This document shows, in pieces, positions 10,915 through 21,209 of a stretch of 64,000 nucleotides of DNA. Positions within the stretch are counted from its first letter, which is position 1, and each line of letters starts with the position of its first letter. The position numbers and the translations under genes were made by a program. A model generated the notes under the pieces. That model did no database searches. It worked only from the letters and a program-made list of their open reading frames with translations, and was not told the origin of the DNA. This DNA is from Acidimicrobiales bacterium. Lineage in GTDB: Bacteria; Actinomycetota; Acidimicrobiia; Acidimicrobiales; Aldehydirespiratoraceae. Where the stretch lies: contig JAJCXZ010000016.1 in assembly GCA_029263175.1 (NCBI GenBank), positions 24,554 through 88,553 on the forward strand, read 5' to 3'.

Positions 10915-12301
10915 CCTCGCCCACGGCCGCTCCCGCAAGGAGCTGACGCGAAGTGAACCCGGTGAGGTCACGCCCCACGATCACCGGAGCCGTCGCTTCC
11001 ACGATCACGATCGGTCGACCCTCGCCGATCTCGGAGACAGGAATCGTGGTGCGTCGCCCCGGGCCGAGCTCGAGGCTCAGAGCCAGTCGCTGACCCTCGC
11101 CGTCGACAACGCTCACCTCAACAGTGGCGATCGAGGTGAGGGAAGGATTCACAACCGCCAAGGAGCCGGCTCCGCCTTCCATGGGGGCGATCCACATCTT
11201 CGAGGCTCCATCGATGCCGACGACTGCGGCGGTACCCGGCACACCTTCGGTGGCGAGCCCGGCAGAGCTCTCGAGCATCACCGCGACCGGGATCCCGTTC
11301 AACGAGCGAGCCATCAACGAGAACGCGCCGAGCTCCCCGAGCCGGTCCTCGGTGCTCATGTCGATTCGAACGGTGCGACCGGGCCTCACCGTGAGCTCGA
11401 TCGGGTCGGGGGAGACCGAGCCATCAGTGAGTATCTCGAGATCGACTTCGGCCGCTTCGGTACCATGAGGGTTCGTGACGGTGACGGTGTCGATCGTCTG
11501 GCCCGTGCCGAGAATGGGCAACACCGAGACCTCGGCCCCATCGACGACCGCGGGGGTGACCGCCAACCCTCGCAAGGATTCGCTCTCCCTCGTTTGGACG
11601 CGTCCCACGGACAAGCGCCCCGCGATCACGTCAAGGGATGCGGCAACTCGGCGGGCCACGGTGACCTCGTCGGTCACATTGATGGCCACGAGTTGCTGAC
11701 CAGGCACGACCACGGCATCGAGCGAGTCAGGGCCCACGTCAGCCACGAACGAGATATCGACGACAGCGTCCTCCTGGAAGGGATTGAGGAGCAGAAGGGT
11801 CATCTCCTCACCATCGGAGAGCACACGGGTCGCCCCATCGGTGACGACAAACGAAGCACCCGCACGGGTCGCGCACGTTGAACGGTCGGTGCCGGTCGGC
11901 CCCTCATGGGATTGTTCGACGATCACCATCGAGCTGTCGACCTCGACAACCGCACCGACCCACTCCGAGTCGGGTGCAAGTTCCGGTAGTGCGATTGCGA
12001 CACGTTCCCCAGGCGGGAGCGCCACCTGTGTCGACGACTGATCTCCGGCGGTGGACCCCAGGGCTGCGACCTCCGCCGTAGCGGGCTCGGTTCCTGCGTT
12101 CACGATCTCGATGCCGACAACAGCCGGCCCACCCTCACCCGAACCGCCCGGGCAGAACCACGTGCCGCTCGACGTGCTCGGGACGCCGAGGCGATCCACC
12201 GCGGCGAACTCGTCAAAGGTGCGGGGCTCTCGGTCGAGCACGAAGCCGACGACGAGCGAACCCAGGATCACGATGATGGCGCTGACCCGCATCGCCCTCA
12301 C
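10889..12301 (-). CDS. DUF5719-like secreted/membrane-anchored protein
   Basis: N-terminal TM, WFCPGG, repeated beta-sandwich units (xVNP motifs). GTG at 12301 overlaps the GT2 stop (GTGA); alternative start ATG 12292. Synteny downstream of the large GT2. Confidence 0.72.
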   Translation of the reverse strand: MRAMRVSAIIVILGSLVVGFVLDREPRTFDEFAAVDRLGVPSTSSGTWFCPGGSGEGGPAVVGIEIVNAGTEPATAEVAALGSTAGDQSSTQVALPPGERVAIALPELAPDSEWVGAVVEVDSSMVIVEQSHEGPTGTDRSTCATRAGASFVVTDGATRVLSDGEEMTLLLLNPFQEDAVVDISFVADVGPDSLDAVVVPGQQLVAINVTDEVTVARRVAASLDVIAGRLSVGRVQTRESESLRGLAVTPAVVDGAEVSVLPILGTGQTIDTVTVTNPHGTEAAEVDLEILTDGSVSPDPIELTVRPGRTVRIDMSTEDRLGELGAFSLMARSLNGIPVAVMLESSAGLATEGVPGTAAVVGIDGASKMWIAPMEGGAGSLAVVNPSLTSIATVEVSVVDGEGQRLALSLELGPGRRTTIPVSEIGEGRPIVIVEATAPVIVGRDLTGFTSRQLLAGAAVGEVTPLSRIE

Positions 12302-15300
12302 GACTCGGCTCCCCAGAACTGGCGGCGGAGCCGATCGGTCACGAGGAGCACCAGCACCACGAGCTGCGCCATGATCGCCGCGCGATGGCTGAATGGCGTC
12401 TGGTACGAGAGTTGTGCGTCGCCACCCGACACCGGAACGAAGGCGTGCGCCCATCCATTGGCGACCCGCCGGGCGGCTTCCTCATCTCCCACCGTGAGAA
12501 CCCAATTGGTGTCTGGCGTCTGGCTGACGAGGATCTCCGTCCCTTCCGGGATCGGGCCGGTGATCTCATGACCGATGCCGCTGAGAACGCCCACCGTGCC
12601 GGTCAGTGGCTCGACTCCGAGGTCGGCCAGCTCGGTGACGCCCTGATCGAACCCCGCGACCGCAGCGGCGCGAACGCTGGTCCACTCAGTGTTCTCGTAC
12701 ACGCGCGTCGCCGAGTTCGACCCGACGATCTGACGAAGATCGAGCTGCCGGCCGAACGCATCGATCACCACATCAGGAGTCGGTCGGGCTTGAGAATCTG
12801 AACTGTACGGGGCGGGCGCCAACCGCTCGAGCAGCACCACATAGCGAACACCAAGTCCACCGAGGAGCCGTCCGGCGCGCTGCGTTGAACCGCTGACCAC
12901 ATTGTCGAGCACGCCGACCATCAACCCGGCCGACCCGAGGTCGGGGGCGACGGTGCGGTCGGCCACCGTAGGGAGGCCATCGAGAGTCGCCACCCACGCC
13001 AGACCTCCTTCGAGCGGGCGCCCCTCGGCGGGGAGCACTTCGGGAGCTCCGATCCAGACGACCCGGTACGAGCCGTCGACTCCTGGGTCGACGAACGGCA
13101 TCGCCTCCTCGAAACCTCTACGGGCCAATCCCCATCGTCCGGTTTCGACCAATCCCAGCGTCGGGAGCGATCCGAGCACGGCCGCGACCAGGGCAATAGG
13201 CACCAGCGCCTGGCGCCAGCCGAACCCGGCCCGGCGAAGATCGTGCTCAACTGCGACCACGGCAAGGCCCAAGAGCCCCGCGACCGCTGCCGCGGCCGGG
13301 GCGATGAGAAGCGCGGGGTCAGCCAGGCCGAAGTCGAGAAGCCCCCGACTCGCCACCAGGGCCAGGCCCCATGAACACAGGGCCACCGTCCAGAGACGGA
13401 CACCGAGGTCGAAACGCCAGGCTCGTCCGAGCAGAAGCGGAACGAGGCAGGCGATGCCGAGGAGCCAAACGAGCGGGTCAGAGTCAATCGGTCCGACCGA
13501 GAATCTGGTCAATGCCTGGAGCGAGACCGTCGATGCCGCGCCCGTCCTCCCCCCGGCGAACACGTCCCAGGAGAAGCGCGAGTTCACGAGGTCCATCGTC
13601 TGAGGAAGGGCGACGAGCGCACCGACCAACATCACCAGCGGTGCTGCGCCCAGGAGCCGGTGAGCTCCCGCCGGGTGCACCGCGATCAGCGAACCCACCA
13701 GTAGCCCCCCGAAGACAACCGGCACGATCAAGCCGGCGGTTGGTTCGAAGATGACGGCCAGCCCGACTGCGGTGCCGAGCCCGATCGAGGCTCGAATGGC
13801 GCCGCGAACCGGCCCGGTGGCAATCCGATACGGGGCCGAGGCCTGGATGCGAAGAACGCCGATCAACAACCACGGGGAGAGCGCGAACCCGATGAGGCCG
13901 GGCATCGACGCGGCGGCGATGCTCGCCCACGCCAGCGGGAGCGCGGCGTAGCCGACGAGTGAGCCGATCTGAGCCCGCCTCGATCCTGTGACCCCGAGCA
14001 AGCGCCAGGCTCCGAGTAGACCGACGAAGACAGGTCCGAGCACCAGCCATGTGCGCACGAAACCGGGTGATCCACCCAGGATCCACGCCATGATTCCGGC
14101 GAGTCCGTAGCCAGTGGGAACGGCGGCAGCCGAGCCGAGATCGCGGTGCACCCAGCCGCTCCACCAATCGCCGACCAGTTCGCCGGCCGAACTCGGGAAG
14201 GCGGCGAAGTCGCCCACGGCTGCGGGGCCGTCCGTGATCAGCTGGCGAGAGCCGAACAGCACAAACAAAACGACGAGCACCCACGACAAGACGGCGAATC
14301 GGGTGGTGCCGGTCTGCATTGCGCTCACGAGTTCGTTCCCGAATCGGCGCTCTCCCCGACCGATCTGACCACGAATGAACGCGTTGATTCGCACACTTCC
14401 GAGCTGTTGAAGTGCTCGAACGTCGGCGTCCGCGGCCTCCACGGAGGATCGGACGAACGTGCGACGCCGGCGGGTCTCGCCGAGACGCCGGACATTCCAT
14501 ACCCAGGCGTGGGCGACATCTCGAACGTGGGAGAAGCGCAGAGTCACGAGCGCAAAGAAGAGTTCGCCCACCGCCAGGGCGCCCATCAGGGGCAGGGTCA
14601 CGAGCAGTGCCGGATTGCTGCTGTTGACCATCACCGTGCGGAGTTGATGACGCGCTCGGGTTCGGCGAATGTCGTCGACCCCTGTTCGTTCCACCAGTTG
14701 CTCTCGGTGACGGACCAGTGCGTCAGGCGCCACGATGACCCGGGCGCCCCTGAGCTGGGCCCGCCAGCAGAGGTCTACGTCTTCGCCGCGCCGGGTGATC
14801 ACCGGGTCGTAGCCGCTGAGTTCTCGGAACAATGTGGTGCGCACCAACAGGCACGCGGTGGGAACAACGAACACGTCGGTGACGGCGTCGTACTGCTCCT
14901 GGTCGAGCTCGGCGGGCTCGACCACCTCGTCGGTGACGGCGAACCGGTCGGCGACCAGGCCGACATGCTGTAGCTGTTCGGGGTGATCCCAAGCCACCAG
15001 CTTGGGGCCGGTGATACCGGCGTTCGACCGAAGGGACTCGGTGACGAGCGTTCGTACCGCATCCGGGGCGAGGGCGACGTCGTCATGACAAATCAGCAGG
15101 AACGCTGAACTGAGATCCGTCTCCATGGCGGTGTTTGCCGCCGCGGCGAACCCGACCGTGTCGGATGCGTCGAGCAACGTGGCGGCCGGCGCGACCTCGC
15201 GCAACCGCTCCGCGAGGTCGGTGTCGCCGGCCCCATCGATAACCATGATGTCGAGGCGCGGATAGTCCTGCGAGACGAGACTGTCGATCGTTTCCTCGAA

Positions 15301-15411
15301 CCACTCGCCGGGATTGTGCGTGACCACGACGGCGGTGACCGACGGAGTGGCCGCCCGCGTTTCGGGAGCAGACTCAGCGTCTGGGCGCGAGGGTTCGACG
15401 GTGGCGGCCAC
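12298..15411 (-). CDS. Large GT2 glycosyltransferase with multi-TM C-terminal region
   Basis: VTAVVVTHN, GFAAAAN, CHDDV, GEDVDLCWRAQLRG, followed by more than 10 TM helices and an extracellular domain. Confidence 0.9.
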   Translation of the reverse strand: MAATVEPSRPDAESAPETRAATPSVTAVVVTHNPGEWFEETIDSLVSQDYPRLDIMVIDGAGDTDLAERLREVAPAATLLDASDTVGFAAAANTAMETDLSSAFLLICHDDVALAPDAVRTLVTESLRSNAGITGPKLVAWDHPEQLQHVGLVADRFAVTDEVVEPAELDQEQYDAVTDVFVVPTACLLVRTTLFRELSGYDPVITRRGEDVDLCWRAQLRGARVIVAPDALVRHREQLVERTGVDDIRRTRARHQLRTVMVNSSNPALLVTLPLMGALAVGELFFALVTLRFSHVRDVAHAWVWNVRRLGETRRRRTFVRSSVEAADADVRALQQLGSVRINAFIRGQIGRGERRFGNELVSAMQTGTTRFAVLSWVLVVLFVLFGSRQLITDGPAAVGDFAAFPSSAGELVGDWWSGWVHRDLGSAAAVPTGYGLAGIMAWILGGSPGFVRTWLVLGPVFVGLLGAWRLLGVTGSRRAQIGSLVGYAALPLAWASIAAASMPGLIGFALSPWLLIGVLRIQASAPYRIATGPVRGAIRASIGLGTAVGLAVIFEPTAGLIVPVVFGGLLVGSLIAVHPAGAHRLLGAAPLVMLVGALVALPQTMDLVNSRFSWDVFAGGRTGAASTVSLQALTRFSVGPIDSDPLVWLLGIACLVPLLLGRAWRFDLGVRLWTVALCSWGLALVASRGLLDFGLADPALLIAPAAAAVAGLLGLAVVAVEHDLRRAGFGWRQALVPIALVAAVLGSLPTLGLVETGRWGLARRGFEEAMPFVDPGVDGSYRVVWIGAPEVLPAEGRPLEGGLAWVATLDGLPTVADRTVAPDLGSAGLMVGVLDNVVSGSTQRAGRLLGGLGVRYVVLLERLAPAPYSSDSQARPTPDVVIDAFGRQLDLRQIVGSNSATRVYENTEWTSVRAAAVAGFDQGVTELADLGVEPLTGTVGVLSGIGHEITGPIPEGTEILVSQTPDTNWVLTVGDEEAARRVANGWAHAFVPVSGGDAQLSYQTPFSHRAAIMAQLVVLVLLVTDRLRRQFWGAES

Positions 15412-15505
15412 GATCGACGGAGGCTACCGCTCAACCTCAACGATCATGGGACACCCCGGGGCTAGAATCTCGCCCAATGGACCAGCCTCGGCTCGACTAC
15501 TGAAC

Positions 15506-16411
15506 ATGCGCGCACTGGTCACCGGCGCCGACGGATTCGTCGGGCGCTACCTCGTCGCTCTCCTCACCGCCGCCGGCGACGATGTCGTTGAGTCCGCGAC
15601 CGACATCACCGACCGCAAGCGCCTGCTCGGCGCCTTCGATGACGCCGCCCCCGAAGTCGTCTACCACCTGGCCGCCCAAGCTGATGTCGGCGGATCGTGG
15701 GATGCGCCTATCGAGACGTACCGGGTCAATGTCGAGGGCACGGTCAACGTTCTCGATGCCGCCCGCCTCGCCGGGGCCCGAAGGGTACTCGCGGTCACCA
15801 GCGCCGAGATCTACGGCCCCGTACACGAGAGCGATCTCCCCCTCGACGAATCCCAGCCGCTGCGCCCTGTGAGCCCATACGCCGCCAGCAAGGCCGCGGC
15901 GGAGATGGCGTGTGCGCAGGCCGGGTACGGCTACGGACTCGACGTCCTCCGGGTCCGAGCGTTCAACCACCTCGGTCCGGGCCAAAGCGACCGTTTCGTG
16001 GCTTCCGCCATCGCCAGCCGGATCGCCCACAACGAAGTCTCCGGTGAATCTGTTGTCCGGGTCGGCAACCTCGGTGCCCGTCGCGATTTCACCGATGTTC
16101 GCGACGTGGTCAAGGCGTATCGAATGTTGATGGTCGACGGCCAGGCCGGCGAGACCTACCACGTCTGCACCGGCGTCGACCGTCCCGTCAGCGAGTTGGC
16201 CGACATCCTGGTCTCACTCGCGACGACACCGATGCACCTCAAGGCCGACGCGACCCTCCTCCGACCAGTGGACGTGCCGATTCTCCGCGGCGACAACGGC
16301 AAGCTCCGCGAGGCCACGGGATGGGCGCCCGTAGTCCCGATCGAACAAACCCTCGACGATCTGCTTCAGCACTGGCGCCAGGTAGCGTCAGCAGCCACGT
16401 CGTCGACCTGA
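15506..16411 (+). CDS. Extended SDR related to GDP-mannose dehydratases; probable GDP-4-keto-6-deoxy-D-mannose reductase (Rmd-like)
   Basis: [54 protein letters not shown]; directly upstream of gmd. Confidence 0.78.
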   Translation: MRALVTGADGFVGRYLVALLTAAGDDVVESATDITDRKRLLGAFDDAAPEVVYHLAAQADVGGSWDAPIETYRVNVEGTVNVLDAARLAGARRVLAVTSAEIYGPVHESDLPLDESQPLRPVSPYAASKAAAEMACAQAGYGYGLDVLRVRAFNHLGPGQSDRFVASAIASRIAHNEVSGESVVRVGNLGARRDFTDVRDVVKAYRMLMVDGQAGETYHVCTGVDRPVSELADILVSLATTPMHLKADATLLRPVDVPILRGDNGKLREATGWAPVVPIEQTLDDLLQHWRQVASAATSST

Positions 16412-16436
16412 CCGTCGTCATCAGACAGGAATCACC

Positions 16437-17417
16437 GTGACCAAGCGCGCACTCATCACCGGAATCACCGGGCAGGACGGCTCGTATCTCGCCGAGTTCC
16501 TACTCGAACAGGACTACGAGGTCATCGGCATGGTGCGGCGGTCGAGCACCGTCAACTTCGAACGCATCGCCCACATCCAGGACCAGGTCACGTTCGTGCC
16601 CGGCGACCTGCTCGATGAGGTGTCGATGATCGAAATCCTCCGGACGTATCGCCCCGAGGAGGTCTACAACCTCGCCGCTCAATCGTTCGTACAGACGTCG
16701 TTCGGACAACCAGTCCTGACCGGGGAGACCACCGCGCTCGGCGTCACCCGCATCCTCGATGCCATCCGCCTCGTCGACCCGGAGATCCGGTTCTATCAGG
16801 CGAGCTCGTCGGAGATGTTCGGCAAGGTTCATGAGGTCCCCCAGACCGAGTCGACCCCGTTTCATCCCCGTAGCCCCTACGGCGTGGCCAAGGTCTATGG
16901 ACATTGGATCACCGTCAACTACCGCGAGTCCTACGGACTGCACGGCACGTCCGGCATTCTGTTCAACCACGAGAGCCCCCGTCGTGGTCTCGAGTTCGTC
17001 ACCCGCAAGATCAGCCATGGTGTCGCCCAGATCCATCTCGGACGCCAGACCGAGCTTCGCCTCGGCAACCTCGATGCCCAACGGGACTGGGGTTTCGCCG
17101 GTGATTATGTCGACGCCATGTGGCGCATGCTGCAACAGGACACGCCTGAAGACTTCGTGATCTGCACTGGGGAGACCCACTCGGTTCGCGAGTTCTGCGA
17201 CGTTGCGTTCGGTCACGTCGGCCGTGATTGGCAGGAGCACGTCACTATCGACGAAAAGTTCATGCGCCCGGCCGAAGTCGATCTCCTTGTCGGCGATGCC
17301 ACAAAGGCAGAAACCGATCTGGGATGGAAGGCCACCACCACGTTCGAGGACCTCGTGACATCAATGGTCGATGCCGACCTCGACCTGCTCGAGGGCCGCT
17401 TGCGCGGCCTCGCCTGA
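16437..17417 (+). CDS. gmd: GDP-mannose 4,6-dehydratase
   Basis: [47 protein letters not shown]. Confidence 0.97.
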   Translation: MTKRALITGITGQDGSYLAEFLLEQDYEVIGMVRRSSTVNFERIAHIQDQVTFVPGDLLDEVSMIEILRTYRPEEVYNLAAQSFVQTSFGQPVLTGETTALGVTRILDAIRLVDPEIRFYQASSSEMFGKVHEVPQTESTPFHPRSPYGVAKVYGHWITVNYRESYGLHGTSGILFNHESPRRGLEFVTRKISHGVAQIHLGRQTELRLGNLDAQRDWGFAGDYVDAMWRMLQQDTPEDFVICTGETHSVREFCDVAFGHVGRDWQEHVTIDEKFMRPAEVDLLVGDATKAETDLGWKATTTFEDLVTSMVDADLDLLEGRLRGLA

Positions 17418-17418
17418 C

Positions 17419-18345
17419 ATGCACACGGTGCTGGCCGGAGGCGTCGGCGCTGCCCGATATCTCAGCGGCGCGCTGGAAGCATTCGATCCATCGACCGTCA
17501 CCGCCGTCGTCAACGTCGGTGACGATGTCGTACTCCATGGACTCCACATCAGTCCTGATCTCGACACCTGCACCTACACGCTCGCCGGAGCCATCGATCC
17601 CGAGCGGGGCTGGGGTCTCGTCGACGAGTCCTGGCAGGCGATGGCCGAGCTCGGTCGCTACGGCGGCGACAACTGGTTCGGCCTGGGCGACCGTGACCTC
17701 GGCACCCATCTCTTCCGGACCGCTCGGCTCCATGCCGGCGCCAGTCTCACGTCCATCACCGCGGAGATCACCGCCACATGGGGACTCGCCTGCCGGTTGC
17801 TTCCCGTGACCAACCAGCGCGTCGAGACCCGGGTCACGCTTGCCGACGGATCCGAGATCGGATTCCAGGAGTATTTCGTACGCCTCGCGCATTCGGTCGA
17901 GATCACCGGCGTTCGGTTCGCCGGCGCCGCCACGGCCATGGTCAGCCGGGAGGCCCTCGCCGCCATTGACGACGCCGATGCACTCGTCATCGCGCCTTCC
18001 AACCCCATCGTGTCCATCGCCCCGTTGCTCGCCATCCCTGGTGTGACCGGAGCAGTCACGGCCCGTCGCGATCGAAACGTGGCCGTCTCCCCGATCATCG
18101 GCGGCGCCGCGCTGAAAGGCCCTGCCGATCGCATGTTGCGTGAACTCGGCGAAGAGTCATCGGTCGTCGGGATCGCTCGCCGCTATCGAGACCTGGCCGC
18201 CACGCTCGTGATCGACGAAGTCGACGCCGATCTGGCGCCCGCGGTCGAGCAGGCGGGCATGCGAGCCGTGGTGATGCCCACCATCATGAGCCGACCCGGC
18301 GTGGCTTCCGCCCTCGCCACAGCCTGCGCGGAGGCATGCCTATGA
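17419..18345 (+). CDS. cofD: 2-phospho-L-lactate transferase (F420 biosynthesis)
   Basis: LAGGVGAA, NVGDD, SPDLDT, WFGLGDRDLGTH, FQEYFVR, PSNPIVSI, KGPAD. Confidence 0.95.
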   Translation: MHTVLAGGVGAARYLSGALEAFDPSTVTAVVNVGDDVVLHGLHISPDLDTCTYTLAGAIDPERGWGLVDESWQAMAELGRYGGDNWFGLGDRDLGTHLFRTARLHAGASLTSITAEITATWGLACRLLPVTNQRVETRVTLADGSEIGFQEYFVRLAHSVEITGVRFAGAATAMVSREALAAIDDADALVIAPSNPIVSIAPLLAIPGVTGAVTARRDRNVAVSPIIGGAALKGPADRMLRELGEESSVVGIARRYRDLAATLVIDEVDADLAPAVEQAGMRAVVMPTIMSRPGVASALATACAEACL

Positions 18346-19040
18346 ACCTCGAAATTCTGCCGATCACGGGAATCGGCGAGGTTCGTCCCGGCGATGATCT
18401 TGCTGAGCTGATCGCCGCGGCCGACGCTGACATCCACGACGGCGACTGCCTCGTGATCACCCAGAAGGTCGTCTCGAAGGCCGAAGGTCGCCTCGTCGAC
18501 ATCGACCCCGACGATCCTTTCTCCCACAAACCGCTCGTCGAGCAGGAGTCCGTCCGGATCGTGCGGCGCCGCGGTGAGTTGATCATCAGCGAAACCGAGC
18601 ACGGCTTTGTATGCGCCAACGCCGGCATCGACCTGTCCAATGTCGAGCGCGGTCAAGCCGCCTTGCTTCCGGTCGACAGCGACCGGTCGGCCCGCGGGAT
18701 TCGCGACCGTCTCAAAGCCCGTCACGGCCTCGAAGTCGGCATCGTCATCAGCGATACTTTTGGTCGCCCGTGGCGCCGAGGTGTCACCGATGTCGCCATC
18801 GGTTGCGCCGGTATCAAGGCCATCGCTGACCTACGCGGCACGACCGACGCCCTCGGCCGCGAGTTGATGGTCACCGAGGTCGCGATCGTCGATGAGATCG
18901 CTTCCGCCGCTGACCTCGTCATGGGCAAGGCGAAGGGTGTCGCGGTCGCGATCGTCCGAGGCCTCGATCCTGAATGGTTCGGCCGAGGCGGTGTTGTCGA
19001 CGAGATCGTCCGCGACCCCTCCGAAGACCTGTTCCGCTGA
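18342..19040 (+). CDS. cofE: Coenzyme F420-0:L-glutamate ligase (stand-alone, no nitroreductase domain)
   Basis: TQKVVSKAEG, CANAGIDLSN, SDTFGRPWRRG; ATGA overlap with cofD and GGAGG RBS. Confidence 0.95.
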   Translation: MNLEILPITGIGEVRPGDDLAELIAAADADIHDGDCLVITQKVVSKAEGRLVDIDPDDPFSHKPLVEQESVRIVRRRGELIISETEHGFVCANAGIDLSNVERGQAALLPVDSDRSARGIRDRLKARHGLEVGIVISDTFGRPWRRGVTDVAIGCAGIKAIADLRGTTDALGRELMVTEVAIVDEIASAADLVMGKAKGVAVAIVRGLDPEWFGRGGVVDEIVRDPSEDLFR

Positions 19041-19061
19041 CGATTCGCTCCCGAGCAGGGG

Positions 19062-20072
19062 TCAGGCGAAGCCCTGGGGGTTTTGGCGCTGCCAGTTCCA
19101 GTGGTCGCGCATCATGTCAGCCAGATCTCGCTTCGAGCGCCAGCCGAGGATCTGCTCGGCGTACGCGGGGTCGGCGTAGATCTTCTCGATATCACCGGCG
19201 CGGCGCTCCACGATTTCGTGGGGGATCGGCGACCCAACTGCGTCAGAGGCGGCACGGACCACGTCCAGCACTGTGCTTCCCACGCCCGTGCCGAGGTTGA
19301 CCGCAGTGCAGCCGGAAAGCCTTCCGTTGAGGGCATCGAGCGCGGCCACGTGACCCTCGGCGAGATCGACCACATGGATGTAGTCGCGAATGGCGGTGCC
19401 GTCCGGGGTGTCGTAGTCCCCACCGAACACCATGAGCTTCTCCAGGCGGCCGACAGCCACCTGCATCACGAAGGGCACCAGGTTGTTCGGAATCCCGTTG
19501 GGGTCCTCGCCGAGGGTGCCGCTCTCGTGGGCGCCGACAGGGTTGAAGTAGCGGAGGAGCACAACATCAAGGTCAACGGCGGCAGCCGCGTCACTCAGGA
19601 TCTGCTCACTCATGTACTTTGTCCAGCCATACGGGCTCTCGGCTCCGGTGGGAGCAGCCTCGGTGACCGGGATCACATCGGGCTGGCCGTACACGGTGCA
19701 AGAGGACGAGAAGACGAGCTTCGAAACGTCGGCTTCGACCATCGCTTCGACGAGTCCGATGGTGGTGCCGAGATTGTTGCGGTAGTAGTCGAGGGGCTTG
19801 GCGACGGATTCGCCGACCGCCTTGTACGCCGCGAAGTGGATGACCTCGTCGATGTCATGCTCCTTGAAGACTCGAGCCACGGCATCGGAGTCGAGCAGGT
19901 CAGCTTCCACCATCGCCATGGAGTCGGTGGTGAGCGCACGGATGGCGGCGACCGCCTTCGGCGAACTGTTGGCGAAGTTGTCGATCAGGACTACTTCGCG
20001 ACCCTCCTCGTGGAGGGCAACCGCCGTGTGGCTTCCTATATAGCCGGCTCCGCCGGTCACAAGAACAGCCAT
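19062..20072 (-). CDS. galE: UDP-glucose 4-epimerase
   Basis: TGGAGYIGSH, HFAAYKAVGES, PYGWTK, LRYFNPVGAH, PNNL. Confidence 0.96.
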   Translation of the reverse strand: MAVLVTGGAGYIGSHTAVALHEEGREVVLIDNFANSSPKAVAAIRALTTDSMAMVEADLLDSDAVARVFKEHDIDEVIHFAAYKAVGESVAKPLDYYRNNLGTTIGLVEAMVEADVSKLVFSSSCTVYGQPDVIPVTEAAPTGAESPYGWTKYMSEQILSDAAAAVDLDVVLLRYFNPVGAHESGTLGEDPNGIPNNLVPFVMQVAVGRLEKLMVFGGDYDTPDGTAIRDYIHVVDLAEGHVAALDALNGRLSGCTAVNLGTGVGSTVLDVVRAASDAVGSPIPHEIVERRAGDIEKIYADPAYAEQILGWRSKRDLADMMRDHWNWQRQNPQGFA

Positions 20073-21076
20073 CACTCGCTCTCCGGGATCTTTGCGCCTA
20101 CGTACGCGGCGTTGTCTTCGATCTGGGCACCCTCGCCAACCATCGTCATCGCGGCGAGCCTCGAACCGGCGCCCACGATGGCGCCTGGCCCGACGACCGA
20201 CCCTTCGATCACGGCGCCATCGCCCACAACAGCATTCATGGACACTACCGATTCACGTACGACTGCGTTGGCACCAACCGTGGCGCCGCTCATGACGACC
20301 GAACGTTCGACGAGCGCGGACGGGTCGACGGTGGCGTCGGTCGAAATGCCATCCACAGCCGGCCCGCGAACTCCGTCGAGGAGGTCGAGTTGGATCTGGA
20401 GGTACGTCTCCGGCGTTCCCGCATCAACCCAGTAGGCGTCAGATTGCACAGCCCACAGGCCACCATCGGCGACGATGGCCGGAAACGTTTCGCGCTCGAT
20501 CGACACCTTGCGGCCGGTCTCGATGCGTCGAAGTACCGACGGCTCGAGTACATACGTGCCCGCATTGATCCAATTGGTGGGAGCTTCACCCACGGGCGGC
20601 TTTTCGACGAAGCCGAGAACCCTGCCGTCGGTATCGGTGGGCACCACGCCGTAACGCGATGGATCGTCAACCGGTGTCAGGGCAATGGTGGCCTCTGCGC
20701 CGACTTCATGGTGACGGTTCCACACCGACGTCACGTCGAGGTCGGTGAACACGTCGCCGTTGATGACGATGAATGTCTCATCGATGCCCGCAGCCTCGGC
20801 GGCGAACCGCACCGCACCCGCCGTGTCGAGCGGCTCGGGTTCGACCGCGTATTTGAGCGCAACTCCAGCGCACTCGCTGTTCGGATACGCCTCGCGGAAG
20901 ACGTCTTCCTTGTAGCCGAGTGAGAGGACGACCTCATCGACACCGTGCCGGCCAAGACCACCGATCACGTGTTCGAGCATGGGCCGGTCGATTACCGGCA
21001 ACATCTGCTTCGGGCTGGTCAAGGTGAGGGGCCGAAGCCGCGTTCCGAACCCGCCGACGAGAACTACCGCCTTCAT
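20072..21076 (-). CDS. manC: NDP-sugar synthase, probable mannose-1-phosphate guanylyltransferase
   Basis: LVGGFGTRLRPLT..PK, EPLDTAGA, NGD, FVEKP, INAGTY, C-terminal hexapeptide repeats; GGAGGT RBS; synteny with cofD/cofE. Confidence 0.85.
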   Translation of the reverse strand: MKAVVLVGGFGTRLRPLTLTSPKQMLPVIDRPMLEHVIGGLGRHGVDEVVLSLGYKEDVFREAYPNSECAGVALKYAVEPEPLDTAGAVRFAAEAAGIDETFIVINGDVFTDLDVTSVWNRHHEVGAEATIALTPVDDPSRYGVVPTDTDGRVLGFVEKPPVGEAPTNWINAGTYVLEPSVLRRIETGRKVSIERETFPAIVADGGLWAVQSDAYWVDAGTPETYLQIQLDLLDGVRGPAVDGISTDATVDPSALVERSVVMSGATVGANAVVRESVVSMNAVVGDGAVIEGSVVGPGAIVGAGSRLAAMTMVGEGAQIEDNAAYVGAKIPESE

Positions 21077-21119
21077 GGGACCTCCTGCGATCCAAGGCGC
21101 GGCGCGCCCCGATCCACCC

Positions 21120-21141
21120 GTCGGCGAGCGGGTTCGCCGAC
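21120..21141 (-). other. Perfect 8-bp hairpin in the manC leader
   Basis: GTCGGCGA-N6-TCGCCGAC; a TAGGTT -10-like box lies just upstream on the minus strand (21149-21154). Confidence 0.45.
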
Positions 21142-21209
21142 TTGAGCGAACCTACTTGTTGTGATCTCGATGGGTGACGCGTGTCAATCGGGGATACACC
21201 TGGCGATCA

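Noticed and set aside
21155-21187. TTGACA -35 box paired with TAGGTT upstream of manC
   Set aside because: The spacing is about 27 nt, too long for a single housekeeping-sigma promoter.
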